Part shown: piece by piece, positions 21,011 to 30,558 of the stretch
How the letters are laid out: every line of letters begins with the position of its first letter
Position numbering within the stretch: position 1 is the stretch's first letter
Assembly (NCBI GenBank): GCA_037442745.1
Contig: JBBIPP010000005.1
Location: 14,976-78,975 of the forward strand
Reading direction: 5' to 3'
Source of the DNA: an archaeon
GTDB taxonomy: Archaea; SpSt-1190; DYHY01
Length of the DNA stretch: 64,000 nucleotides
The notes under the pieces: generated by a model
The model's input: only the letters and a program-made list of their open reading frames with translations
Database searches by the model: none
What the model was told of the DNA's origin: nothing
Program-made: the position numbers and the translations under genes

Positions 21011-21062
21011 TTTCTTCGGGAAAGCAGTTGTTTTTTATATTAATCCCTTACCAATTTCACCA

Positions 21063-21611
21063 ATGGTTTTCCTATCAGACAGGGATTTATTGAGCGCAAT
21101 AGGGAAGGGGGCTCTTAAAGTGGAGCCCTTTGACCCTGAAAAAATCAATCCGGGATCAATTGATTTCTCCCTCGGAACAGTTTTTCGCATTTTCAAATAT
21201 TACCCTATGCTTGAAATTGACCCGAAAAACCGGGACGGGCTTGAGGAAATGACTGAAACTGTCGAGGTTCCTGTCGGGCAGGTTTTCATTTTGAAGCCAA
21301 GGGCGCTTGTTCTCGGAACAACTCTTGAGAAAATCGGGCTTTCTCCCGGGCATGTCGGGTTCATTGAGGGGAAATCAAGCTATGCAAGGCTAGGAGTCTC
21401 AATACATGTTACTGCTGGGTTCATCCATCCGGGGAGCTATGGCCTTCAGACACTTGAAATAAAGAACTTGACGGACAACCCGATACGCCTCTATCCTGGA
21501 GCGAGAATATGCCAGATAATTGTTGCTGAAACGAAAACTCCGGCGGACAAGCCCTATTCTGGCAAATACTATGACCAGAAAGGGCCCCTTGCGTCAAAAG
21601 TCACTGTCTAG
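21063..21611 (+). CDS. dcd: dCTP deaminase
   Basis: LSDRD, PGSIDFSLG, GKSSYARLG, TAGFIHPG, TLEI, ICQ, YSGKY. Confidence 0.93.
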   Translation: MVFLSDRDLLSAIGKGALKVEPFDPEKINPGSIDFSLGTVFRIFKYYPMLEIDPKNRDGLEEMTETVEVPVGQVFILKPRALVLGTTLEKIGLSPGHVGFIEGKSSYARLGVSIHVTAGFIHPGSYGLQTLEIKNLTDNPIRLYPGARICQIIVAETKTPADKPYSGKYYDQKGPLASKVTV

Positions 21612-21722
21612 TGTTCAAAACCAGAAAATTGGAAATTTTACCGGGAATTGCCCGAATTTGGGCTTATCTGCCAAAAGAGTTAAAAATGGGGTTGTTTTCA
21701 AAAAAATGGGGACAAAAATAAA

Positions 21723-21926
21723 ATGGAATTGTCAATTGCACCAATGAGACGGCTAATCAAGGTTTCCGGAGCGGACCGAGTTTCGGACGATGCGGCGCTC
21801 GCTTTGGGCGAAGTTCTGGAAGAAATTGGGAAAAGCATTGCAGTCCGTTCCCTTGAATATGCCCGGCACGCAGGAAGGAAGACTGTCACTAGGGAAGACA
21901 TCAAGCTTGCGGCAAAGAACTCTTAG
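21723..21926 (+). CDS. Archaeal histone (HMf-like, nucleosomal type)
   Basis: ELSIAPMRRLIK..GADRVS.DA, ARHAGRKTV..EDIKLA. Confidence 0.95.
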   Translation: MELSIAPMRRLIKVSGADRVSDDAALALGEVLEEIGKSIAVRSLEYARHAGRKTVTREDIKLAAKNS

Positions 21927-21959
21927 ATTTTTCTTGGTAAGTTATAGTCCTGCCATCTT

Positions 21960-22280
21960 TCACTTTTCCGGTGTTTGAAAAGCCCTTTTTGAAATATAGG
22001 GGATTTCTGCGCCCTTGTCCGACGCAGTCTGGTGGCGGAAGCCCTTTTCAACGAATGCGCAGTCCCCTTTCTTCATGGAAAGTTCCCCCAGATCTTCTCG
22101 GACAATCAACTTTCCTTCAAGGCGGAGGAACATTTCGTCCTCCTAATTTTGGTAATTTCCGTGGAGTTCCACCTCGCACTTGACAATTACTGAACAGCAG
22201 TTCAATTTCTTGATTTAATTCGGGCTCCAGAATTTCGAGAATTTCGAGAGTTTTTCGGATAGGCTCACCTTTTCAATGAG
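21960..22280 (-). pseudogene. Cupin-domain protein pseudogene
   Basis: Manual translation EKVSLSEKLSKFSKFWSP*..LN...*EDEMFLRLEG...KKGDCAFVEKG; stops and frameshift. Confidence 0.65.
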
Positions 22281-22445
22281 CTGTTGTTGGCAGTTGGAAA
22301 TATTTAACTCTGCTTGTGCTCGAATCCTGGAATTGAAAGGATTGTCCCGAACCTCTGGTTCAACTAGAACTCATTGGAGGCTGTTGAATTCTATTTCTCA
22401 GTTTCCAAAAATGGCGTCCTTTCGGTTGGGAGAATGGAATAGGTC

Positions 22446-22523
22446 TGGTGGGGTCGCTGGGATTTGAACCCAGGTCTCAAACACCCCAAGCTTGAAGCCT
22501 AGACCAAGCTAGCCGACGACCCC
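22446..22523 (-). tRNA. tRNA-Pro(GGG), CCA encoded
   Basis: GGGGTCG/CGACCCC acceptor, CAAGC-TTGGGGT-GTTTG anticodon arm, CTGGGTTCAAATCCCAG T arm, ends ACCA. Confidence 0.93.
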
Positions 22524-22664
22524 GTCAGTTTTAAATGTTCAGTTGTCGCCTAGGGATGCAACCGGAGATTTTTCCCGCTTTATAACAATATTCACGCAAG
22601 GTAGGGAATGACATAAGCTATGCGAATGAAATTATTATTCGAATTTTTCGGTCTTTTGAAAGGC

Positions 22665-23852
22665 CTAAGGAGGGCATCCCAATGCTATCAACGCCGAGTC
22701 CAATTTTGTGTTCTGGTCTGAGAGAAGAGGAATTACATTCTTCCCAGAATATGCGTTGAAAGCCGAGACCTGTGCTTGCCCAACACGCTCGTTCCCTTCG
22801 GCAAGAGGAGTCATACCGAGGAAAATATTCTCCGCAAGCCCGGTTGCCATGAGGCCAGCCCGCATATAGTCAACTACCTGCATGTCATAAGTATATTTGG
22901 CTGAATTGAGTTTAGCTTGGGCTTTGGCAACATCCCTTGCTTCCGCAGGAATTGTGAAATTGTCCATCCAGACCTTTTGGAAAAAGGCTGGAATTTTCTC
23001 GAAAAAGGTGCCGTTGAGATATTGACGCTCAAGCTGCGCCCGCTCGGAAACCGTTGAATTGTATTCTGATTTCTGGAGGTCCAGCTCAGCCGTGAGAGTG
23101 GCTAGCTCCTCTCTCTTGGCTCCAAATCCAGCAAGTATTTCGGACTGGGCAACCTCATACTTCTGCAGTTCCGGAGATTTTCCTAGAGCGGAATCTGTCT
23201 CGGAAACTAGGAATCTCGATGCATCAATCAAATCCTGCATTTCCGGTCCAGAGTCAGGGAGGGCGGAGAAATTAACTGCCTGCCTGATGTCCTGAAGGCA
23301 TTTTTGAGTTGCTTGTCCGATGTCCCCTGCATTGAAAAATGCCAAAGTCTCCAGAGAAACTGTCTTGTTGAACGTTGTCGGATCTGTCTGCCCTGCAAGT
23401 ATTTTCCCGTATTTGTCAGCCTCCTGTAAATATGCATTTAGCCGGGTACAGCTATCTGACGGAAGAGCAGTCGTTCCGTCGAAAGGATATGCGAAAAGGA
23501 GACTCTCTCCTGCATTTGAGCGTTCAGTAAGTAGGTTTATTACCGCCTGCCGGTCGTCCTTATAACCTTCTAGACGAACGCATGAATCCGCGAAATCCCC
23601 GGAGAGGTCACTCACTGGAAAATTCCTGTATTGGATTCCCGGGTCAAGATATTCCCCTCCATTCGAGGAATTCTGGTAAACAGAATATCCTCCGGCGGCA
23701 GTTCCGGCAAGTGCAAGGGCAAGCCCGGAATAAACAATTGCTTTGGAATATTTACTTTGAACGCCATTCATCTCAAGAGAGTTCGCCAAAGAGTCAATAA
23801 CTCTTTTAGCTTGCCTCGGGAGCGCCCTCAGACTCTGGACAAATCCGTTCAT
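22665..23852 (-). CDS. Membrane-anchored helical/coiled-coil hypothetical protein
   Basis: 395-aa ORF; one hydrophobic segment (IVYSGLALALAGTAAGGYSVY) then soluble helical region with several Cys. Confidence 0.8.
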   Translation of the reverse strand: MNGFVQSLRALPRQAKRVIDSLANSLEMNGVQSKYSKAIVYSGLALALAGTAAGGYSVYQNSSNGGEYLDPGIQYRNFPVSDLSGDFADSCVRLEGYKDDRQAVINLLTERSNAGESLLFAYPFDGTTALPSDSCTRLNAYLQEADKYGKILAGQTDPTTFNKTVSLETLAFFNAGDIGQATQKCLQDIRQAVNFSALPDSGPEMQDLIDASRFLVSETDSALGKSPELQKYEVAQSEILAGFGAKREELATLTAELDLQKSEYNSTVSERAQLERQYLNGTFFEKIPAFFQKVWMDNFTIPAEARDVAKAQAKLNSAKYTYDMQVVDYMRAGLMATGLAENIFLGMTPLAEGNERVGQAQVSAFNAYSGKNVIPLLSDQNTKLDSALIALGCPP

Positions 23853-24045
23853 GCCAATCCCTCAGAAACCTTCATTGAAGAGGTTGTTTTTACCATTTTC
23901 CCCACTCCTGCAGGGGAACCGAATTGTCAGATATATACATATTTGCATAAAAAGACCAATTATTGCCCTAAATTTTCATTCCCATTCAATGATGAATTGG
24001 ATGCGCAGGGCTCTCGCTAGGGAACAAAAATAAAAAGTTTTCCAA

Positions 24046-24243
24046 CTAACCCTTCCTGAATTTAGCAATCTGCTCTATCAGGTCAACTTGGCCTAGGAGC
24101 ATCCGCCTGCAACAATACCTTTTTACCCCAAAGGAATCAATTACTGCTCCCGCATCCTCGCCCTTTCCAACCCTTTTCTTGAAATCCTCGTAGAATCCGG
24201 AAACCGGAAATCCGCAGGAAAAGCATCTTACAGGTATTATCAT
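24046..24243 (-). CDS. rpoN: RNA polymerase subunit N (Rpo10)
   Basis: MIIPVRCFSCG...RYCCRRM. Confidence 0.97.
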   Translation of the reverse strand: MIIPVRCFSCGFPVSGFYEDFKKRVGKGEDAGAVIDSFGVKRYCCRRMLLGQVDLIEQIAKFRKG

Positions 24244-24251
24244 CTTTAAAC

Positions 24252-24665
24252 TTACCTCTTTGATTTCTGCGCGGACGTTCTTGCAGTAGAAGGTCCTGGT
24301 TTTCTGGTCTCCTTCCTTCTCGGGTCAGCGACCAGGAGGCCTCTGTCATAGGACATGAACCTCTCCCTTATCTCCTGGCTGTTGGAATATTTGACAATCG
24401 CTTTCCCGACAGCAAGGCGCGCCGCGTCCGCCTGGCCAATCGCTCCTCCGCCCCGGACAGTTATTGTAATGTCCAAGCCAGAGGCAACCTCGTTTGCAAG
24501 AGAGAGGGGCTCCATTATTTTCTGCCGTGCCAAGAAAGGCTGGTGGTTCTCAAGAAGGGTTGAGTTTATCCTGACAATTCCAGTTCCTGGAATTGCGACT
24601 GCTCTTGCAATTGCAGATTTCCTCTTCCCGGATGCAACGACTGCTTTTGATTCTTTCTGTGCCAT
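24252..24665 (-). CDS. rps9: 30S ribosomal protein S9
   Basis: SGKRKSAIARA, GGGAIGQADAAR, LLVADPRRKE, QKSKR. Confidence 0.97.
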   Translation of the reverse strand: MAQKESKAVVASGKRKSAIARAVAIPGTGIVRINSTLLENHQPFLARQKIMEPLSLANEVASGLDITITVRGGGAIGQADAARLAVGKAIVKYSNSQEIRERFMSYDRGLLVADPRRKETRKPGPSTARTSAQKSKR

Positions 24666-24670
24666 TTTTT

Positions 24671-25138
24671 CTACTCCTTCTTACCGACCCTGTGTGCAAC
24701 CGCTTTCGGCTTTACCCCGAGATGTGCGAACGAATATTCCCTCAAAGTGTGGTATTTGTGGGGGGCTGCAAGAGTCCTGACAGCGATTTTTTCAGCGGGA
24801 ATTCCGACAAGCTTTGCGGGGATTCCCTCATATGCCCGGAACCTTCCGAGAGCGAGTTTCCCTCTTGTTATTTTCCTTGGGACCATTCCGCGGACAGTCC
24901 GCCTGAACCAGAGCGCCGCATTTCTCGGCATATAGGGTCCCCAGTCCCGCCCTCCTCTCTCGGACTTTATTTTGTAGTCGTTCGCCGAACTCTCGCTAAC
25001 AAGCGCCTTTTCCGCGTTAATAACATCTATCTTCTCTCCGTTAAGGAGACGTTTTGCAATCAATGATGCCGCCCTTCCGAGAGTTGCGCCAGCTACATCA
25101 ATTACAACCAGTTTTCTTCCGCTCTCGTTTTCTGCCAT
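24671..25138 (-). CDS. rpl13: 50S ribosomal protein L13
   Basis: LGRAAS.IAKRLLNGE, NAEKA, RRTVRGMVP. Confidence 0.96.
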   Translation of the reverse strand: MAENESGRKLVVIDVAGATLGRAASLIAKRLLNGEKIDVINAEKALVSESSANDYKIKSERGGRDWGPYMPRNAALWFRRTVRGMVPRKITRGKLALGRFRAYEGIPAKLVGIPAEKIAVRTLAAPHKYHTLREYSFAHLGVKPKAVAHRVGKKE

Positions 25139-25492
25139 CTAAATCATCAGCCTCAGCCCGGTCCCTTTCGGGTTCTCCTTTGCAAGTTCGTCAATATAGA
25201 GGAATTTTCCGCCAGCCCTCTTGATTTTCTCGAGAGCGGAAGTTGATATTGCTTGAGCTGATATTGTGAATTTTCCGGAGAGTTCGCCGTTCCCGAGGAC
25301 TTTGCCGGGAACAACAATTGTCTCCTTTGTTTTTTCTGCAACCCGGGAAATCTCGGACAGATTCGCCTCAGCCCTTATTTTCGTCGGCTTTTCGAGAATT
25401 TCGGCTGCCCGCTTCCATATTCCCGCTTTTGTTTTCCGTAGTTCCCTGATTGTTCCAATAGTAATCGGATTCGTTGGACCGCGTTTAACCAT
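25139..25492 (-). CDS. rpl18e: 50S ribosomal protein L18e
   Basis: TNP, IWKRAAE.L, VVPGKVLG.G, NPKG. Confidence 0.95.
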   Translation of the reverse strand: MVKRGPTNPITIGTIRELRKTKAGIWKRAAEILEKPTKIRAEANLSEISRVAEKTKETIVVPGKVLGNGELSGKFTISAQAISTSALEKIKRAGGKFLYIDELAKENPKGTGLRLMI

Positions 25493-25564
25493 TTTTACCT
25501 GAAATTGGGAGGGTTTCAGTCCTTTTTAAGTCTTATCTTGGCTGAAAACCCGCGTTTTCCGCTA

Positions 25565-27448
25565 CTAGTAAAGCATCCGGATTATCCGAAATAGGCCGGT
25601 TGACCCCCCAATTGCTTTTGTTTTGCTATGCAAGTATTTTCCTGGAAAGAGATCTCCTGAAAGTATTGAGCGGGCAAGACAGTCAGAAGCCCCCTGTATC
25701 CTTCTTGTATCATATTGCTCTACTCCGACGGAATAGAGGAGCTTTGATTCTTTCATCAGCTTCGCGCCTAGGAGCTCAGTGTCAATGTCCGTTTCGACGC
25801 CAGCTTTTTTTACTGACTTGGCAAACTCATTGGAAATTCTCAAGAAACCTTCCCTGATCTCGGCTTTCCTTTGTTCGCTAATGTCTGTTAGGGGATTGTG
25901 TTCAAATTCACTTTTGTTACCTACAACATTTACTATTTTCTCAAGGCCGGCGGAATATGCCTTGTATGTCAGGTCTCGGACAATTTCCGCTTTCCTGACT
26001 TCTTGCGAATACTCAGTTATCCTGTTCCGCCCCATCAGTTTCGAGTAGTTCGCCGCATCGTCCGCCCACGAAATTAGCTCTTGGGAATTTTCCTTTCCCC
26101 CGGAAATTCCGATTGATGCAGTTATCGGGGAATCGTCAGAAGGAGATGCAACTATTCTTTCTCTTGAAATCCTCTCCTGCACTTTTTCTGCCAGTTCGCG
26201 GGCGCTCTCAACCCCTCCACCGACCGAAATTATGAACTCCTCGCCCCCATACCTTATTGCGGAAGCTCTTTTGGCTCCGAGAATTATCTTTCTGGCTTTT
26301 GCAAAAATTCCCGCTCCCTCGTTAGCCCTGTTGTATTCGGAAACAGTTTCCTCAATTGCCTTTGCAACCCTTCCAAGGACAACGTCTCCTCCGGTGTGGC
26401 CGTAGCGCTGGTTCTTGACGCTGAAATTGTCCAAGTCAATCATTACAATGGAGTTCTCCTCTCTTCCCGAGGCCTGTGTTTTCCCAATCTCGCGTTTTGC
26501 CCCGTCCCTTGAAGGGAGAGAGACTGGTTCAGGGTTTCCGGAAGGAGTCAGAACTTGTGTGTATTCATTAGGAATGTCTTTGATGTTGAAATTCTCCCTG
26601 AGAAGCGCCCTTGATACTGCGTCTGAAAAGCCAAGGACCTCCCGATAGGAGTTCGGGTCAACGCCCGAGGATTTCATCAGAGTTATGTTGTCTCTGAAAA
26701 GAGCGCTTGCGGGTTCTGGGAGAAGGCTGGCTATCTCGTTTATTTTGTCTTCGTTCTTCATTGCGGAATAGTGCATGTTCCAGACTGCGCTCCTGAGGAT
26801 TTCGGCTATCGCAGAGTTCCTCGTATTGCCGGAACTCAGGTTCCTCCCCAAAAGCTTTGAATATTCGACTGCGAAATCAGCCCCTTCCCTTGCCGAAGCG
26901 GCCGCATTCTGAAAACCGTTGCCCCCGACAATGGAAGAATTATATCCGACTGAAATTGTGAGCTTTCTCGCTTCAGGATGTTCTTCGGGGACTATTTGTG
27001 CGCCTTCAACCGCTTTCCGAAGTCCCTCCGCAATTTCCCTAACCCTCTCTCGGTCAACAGTTGAAATGAGAAAAGTCTCCTCCCCGCCATATCGGAACAG
27101 TTTGACTGTGTCGACCTGGCCGGAAAATGCTTCCGCAAGAAAATCAAAATTAATTGCCCGCCCGGCCCTCCGAATATTTTTCTTCAGTAATCCGGAGATT
27201 CCTTTCAGGGATTCGTCCTCAATTGACCTGTTGACCTTTTCGACATATTCCCGAGCAACTTCTCCGTATTTCCGGAGAACCTCGTCCCCAACATTGTGGG
27301 AATATGTGTTATAACCTGAGAAATAGTCCAGATCCCCGAAAACTGCGGAGAAATTTCCTGTCTTTTCAGCGCGGGCAGCTAGTTTTCCGACTTGCAGTTT
27401 AACTTCGGATTTCGAGAGGAAACCTGTCAGCAAGTCTTTCTTTGCCAT
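25565..27448 (-). CDS. Protein with two tandem GGDEF (diguanylate cyclase-like) domains
   Basis: Domain 1: DLLTG, DLDYF..YN.YSH..GD.VL, RYGGEET, TISVG, AD....SK..GRN; domain 2: IDLDNF...N..YGH..GD.VL, RYGGEEF, TASIG, AD.A...SK..GRNR. Confidence 0.88.
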   Translation of the reverse strand: MAKKDLLTGFLSKSEVKLQVGKLAARAEKTGNFSAVFGDLDYFSGYNTYSHNVGDEVLRKYGEVAREYVEKVNRSIEDESLKGISGLLKKNIRRAGRAINFDFLAEAFSGQVDTVKLFRYGGEETFLISTVDRERVREIAEGLRKAVEGAQIVPEEHPEARKLTISVGYNSSIVGGNGFQNAAASAREGADFAVEYSKLLGRNLSSGNTRNSAIAEILRSAVWNMHYSAMKNEDKINEIASLLPEPASALFRDNITLMKSSGVDPNSYREVLGFSDAVSRALLRENFNIKDIPNEYTQVLTPSGNPEPVSLPSRDGAKREIGKTQASGREENSIVMIDLDNFSVKNQRYGHTGGDVVLGRVAKAIEETVSEYNRANEGAGIFAKARKIILGAKRASAIRYGGEEFIISVGGGVESARELAEKVQERISRERIVASPSDDSPITASIGISGGKENSQELISWADDAANYSKLMGRNRITEYSQEVRKAEIVRDLTYKAYSAGLEKIVNVVGNKSEFEHNPLTDISEQRKAEIREGFLRISNEFAKSVKKAGVETDIDTELLGAKLMKESKLLYSVGVEQYDTRRIQGASDCLARSILSGDLFPGKYLHSKTKAIGGSTGLFRIIRMLY

Positions 27449-27602
27449 GTCAATATTAATTACTATTAAGTGATTAAAAACACTTTCTATAAATAGCCTC
27501 TAAAAAGACCTAAAACGATATTAAAAAATAAAAGTCCAAAAAAAAGGCTTTATTTCAGGTCAAGATTTTTTTAAATAAACAAAGGTGCGTCCTTTTTGGA
27601 AA

Positions 27603-28048
27603 ATGAAGAAGATTTCCGATTTCCCTCCAGCGGAAGAAATGCCTTGGGCAACGGCAGTGAAGGCATTCATTGTGAATGAAAAAGAAGTCTAGTCCTCAAG
27701 AGGAATTCCAACCTCCCGCACTCTCCCGGAGAATATTATATTCCGGGCGGAAGACTTGAGAACGGGGAAGACCCGGTAGCGTGGGTGAAACTGGAGACTA
27801 TCGAGGAAACTGGCCTAGAAATCTGGGTCGGGCAAGTTATTGCAGTAAATAGCTTTGACAGAGACGACCTCCAGAGAATAACAATGCTAATTTTCCTCTG
27901 CTCAATTGAGGGGCGAGGTAAAGTTTCTCTCAAGGAAAAGGAAGCAGTCTCTTTCGAATGGCTGTCTGTGAAGGATGTCGAAAACATCTCTCGAAGTTCA
28001 AAGTAGTTGTCGAGAACTATCTGAAGTTCTTCAAGGGAAGATTGCCTA
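27603..28048 (+). pseudogene. NUDIX hydrolase pseudogene
   Basis: AVKAFIVNE then frameshift/stop, IPGGRLENGED......ETIEETGL Nudix box. Confidence 0.75.
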
Positions 28049-28684
28049 GTAGCTTATGAAAATGAACTCCGCTCCAGTCATTTTCCTGTAAAAATCGAGG
28101 TCTGGCACTTTCTGGCCGGCCGATCGCAGGGTTTCAAGACCAGTCCATGACAGGAACCATCCGCCGGGTTCGAGGATTACGAGAATCATGTTCGTGAGAA
28201 GGCTTCCCTCCCAAGTATATACAATCCCTCCGAGGAAAAGGAAAAGAAGGCCTATTCCGGTGAATATTTTCCCCTCATTTTTCACCTTGTTTAGGGCATC
28301 TTGTTTCTCCTTATTTGCCTTTGAAAAATGCCTCTTCAACCTCTGCTTTATGAGCCCCTCAGATATTGCGTCCCGCTTTCCGGATGGAATCATTATCCGT
28401 ATTTCAAGGCCCCGCTCAACTTTCCCTATTGACGCCCTCTTGCATTCCTCCAAAAAGTCCTGGGAGAGCGTCCTCTGGGAGATGTGCCGGGCGTCAAAGT
28501 CTGAGAATATGTCGTCATAAGTGTCAATCATTAGGGAAATGTTCCAGTTGTCGAGGGCTTCCGGAGAAATTTCAGAATCCTTTTTCGTTTGGATCTTTTT
28601 CCTTATAGGAAAAAGCGATGAGGCTGCAAGAGTCTTTTGCAAATCTTCCTTCTTTTCAGGCGCTGTCCGGGAATCTTCTGACAT
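28046..28684 (-). CDS. Conserved hypothetical membrane protein
   Basis: ISL.IDTYDDIFSDFD.R....R.LS.DFL, two C-terminal TM segments with EP.GWF..WTG; start taken at ATG 28684. Confidence 0.8.
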   Translation of the reverse strand: MSEDSRTAPEKKEDLQKTLAASSLFPIRKKIQTKKDSEISPEALDNWNISLMIDTYDDIFSDFDARHISQRTLSQDFLEECKRASIGKVERGLEIRIMIPSGKRDAISEGLIKQRLKRHFSKANKEKQDALNKVKNEGKIFTGIGLLFLFLGGIVYTWEGSLLTNMILVILEPGGWFLSWTGLETLRSAGQKVPDLDFYRKMTGAEFIFISY

Positions 28685-29285
28685 GAAAGGAGGGAAAATG
28701 AAAGTAGGATAAATGCCTATCGGGAACAATATCTTGGTTAACTGATGTCAGGGACGGGTCAAGGAATACGCAATTTCTTGCGTCAATTTTCCGTATTCTG
28801 GGCGAGGAAAGCGAAAGTGTTTGCATTCTGTTGCCGGGGGGCGTTACTTTGAAAATTGAGCGGATTTTTGCGCTCTTACATTAATAGTAATTTAAGGTTA
28901 GTAGTTTCGCTTATTAAAGGGCGGAAAACCGTAAGCAGTAGAGGGGCTCGGGAAAAACTCCGGCGGAGCATTATGCAGAAAGCTTTCTTTCAAAAGGTTG
29001 TTAGGGAAGGGAAAGAGCTTGTAAATTACGCTCTCGGCGTTGGCTATGTCGCGGATTTGCAAAAATACAACGGGACAAGAAAAAAGGTTGCTTACTAGTC
29101 CGTTGCCTGGCAAAGTAAGGTTCTCTTTTTGACATTGAAAGGATTTTTGTTTTCAAGAAAAGAGGGTTTCTGGCACCAGTGCAGTGGCACGGATCTAGCC
29201 TATATTTTCGACAGAGGGAAGTCGGAGCGTTGGCGGAAATCTCAGACTGTGCCTGTCTAGAATTACGCCCAATAAAAAGAACAGG

Positions 29286-29372
29286 TGCAGGAGGAGGGAT
29301 TTGAACCCACGAAGGCACTTATGCCACGGGATCTTAAGTCCCGCCCTTTTGACCAGGCTCGGGCACTCCTGC
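29286..29372 (-). tRNA. tRNA-Leu(TAA)
   Basis: GCAGGAG/CTCCTGC acceptor, CGGGA-CTTAAGA-TCCCG anticodon arm, long variable arm GGCATAAGTGCC, GGTTCAAATCC. Confidence 0.95.
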
Positions 29373-29428
29373 AAAGGTTGTGTGGAATAATCGGATTAAT
29401 AAGGATGCTGTCCGGATTTTCAGGAAAA

Positions 29429-29830
29429 ATGGATGCGGATTGCGTTTTCTGCAGGATTGCGAATGGAATTGCCCCGGCGGACATTGTCTATGAGGACGAC
29501 AGATTCATTTCGTTCCTTTCGATTGACCAAAAAACCCCGGGCCATTCTGTGGTAATACCGAAGGAGCATTTCAGGTGGTTCTATGACGTTCCTGAAACTG
29601 GGGAATATTTCGAGGTAGTGAAAAAAATTGCCCTTGCAACGAAAAGGGCTCTTTCAGCTGACTCGGTCTCAATTCTCACACTGGGTTTTGAGATACCCCA
29701 TTCACATGTCTGGGTAATTCCTAGGAAGGAAGGGGACGGCCATGGAGCTAACATAGACTTTTCACTGCATGCAAGAATGTCCCATGCCAAAAGGAAGGAA
29801 ATTGCGAGAAAAATTAGGGAATGTTTATAA
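29429..29830 (+). CDS. HIT-family nucleotide hydrolase (HxHxW variant)
   Basis: DCVFCRIA.G, VYEDD, PGHSVVIPK.H, IPHSHVWVIPR; start ATG 29429 (upstream part of ORF overlaps tRNA). Confidence 0.88.
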   Translation: MDADCVFCRIANGIAPADIVYEDDRFISFLSIDQKTPGHSVVIPKEHFRWFYDVPETGEYFEVVKKIALATKRALSADSVSILTLGFEIPHSHVWVIPRKEGDGHGANIDFSLHARMSHAKRKEIARKIRECL

Positions 29831-29855
29831 CTCTAAATCCGGGATAATTGGGACA

Positions 29856-30065
29856 ATGGTCTCTTCAAAAGGCAGGAAGGGCTTCGAAGGGGTTTTCTTC
29901 TCAAAGCTCCTGATAGGTATTGCGATAGGCATAGGAATACTTGTTTTCGCAAAGCAGGGAATTGGTCTCTGGACTGTAGCGCTCGTTGCCCTGATTTTCC
30001 TCTTCTACATGGGCTTTTCCGACCCCAGAGGCGACTATCCCCAGAACAAGTACAAAGTAAGGTAG
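29856..30065 (+). CDS. Small membrane protein (2 TM)
   Basis: MVSSKGRK... with two hydrophobic helices; AT-rich promoter-like tract upstream. Confidence 0.55.
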   Translation: MVSSKGRKGFEGVFFSKLLIGIAIGIGILVFAKQGIGLWTVALVALIFLFYMGFSDPRGDYPQNKYKVR

Positions 30066-30088
30066 AAAGAGGCGCACTTTTCTTGGAA

Positions 30089-30432
30089 AATGGAAAGCCT
30101 TCAAGAAACACCTGTCCGGGATTCAAGTTGAGTAGGCGCACTGGGGAAGCGGAAAGAGAAAGGCAATTCTCTCGAAAACCGATGCAGTTTCAACAGCACT
30201 GCATGCGCTGACAAAGGGCTTTCTTTCGGGCGGAAGCGAATTTTCCTAGCATTCCAATGAGAAAATTGACAAGTTCTTCCTTGTTCTTCTTGGAAATGGA
30301 CAAGTTAAGTTTGAAGAGGAGCTCTCTTTTGACTATTTGGAGGGCGACCTAATATATGTTCCTGCAGGCGAAAGGCACAGAATATTTGCGAAGACAGATA
30401 GTTAGTTCTTTTTCGTGAGGCTTGACGGCTGA
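30089..30432 (+). pseudogene. Cupin-domain protein pseudogene
   Basis: FS*HSNEKIDKFFLVLLGNG.....EGDLIYVPAGERHRI; in-frame TAG stops. Confidence 0.65.
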
Positions 30433-30483
30433 ATTTTCCCGACTGAAAAATCTTTTAAACCTCGGAAACCACCGATTCCTCGA

Positions 30484-30558
30484 GCTCCTGTCGTCTAGTC
30501 CGGCCAAGGATTCGGGCCTTTCGAGCCTGAGACCCGGGTTCAAATCCCGGCGGGAGCA
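30484..30558 (+). tRNA. tRNA-Glu(TTC)
   Basis: GCTCCTG/CGGGAGC acceptor, CGGGC-CTTTCGA-GCCTG anticodon arm, CCGGGTTCAAATCCCGG. Confidence 0.95.

Noticed and set aside
28856-29098. 80-aa ORF near tRNA-Leu
   Set aside because: No family motif and uncertain start; insufficient support
29285-29428. N-terminal extension of the HIT ORF (29285 start)
   Set aside because: It is the antisense of tRNA-Leu; HIT homology starts at ATG 29429
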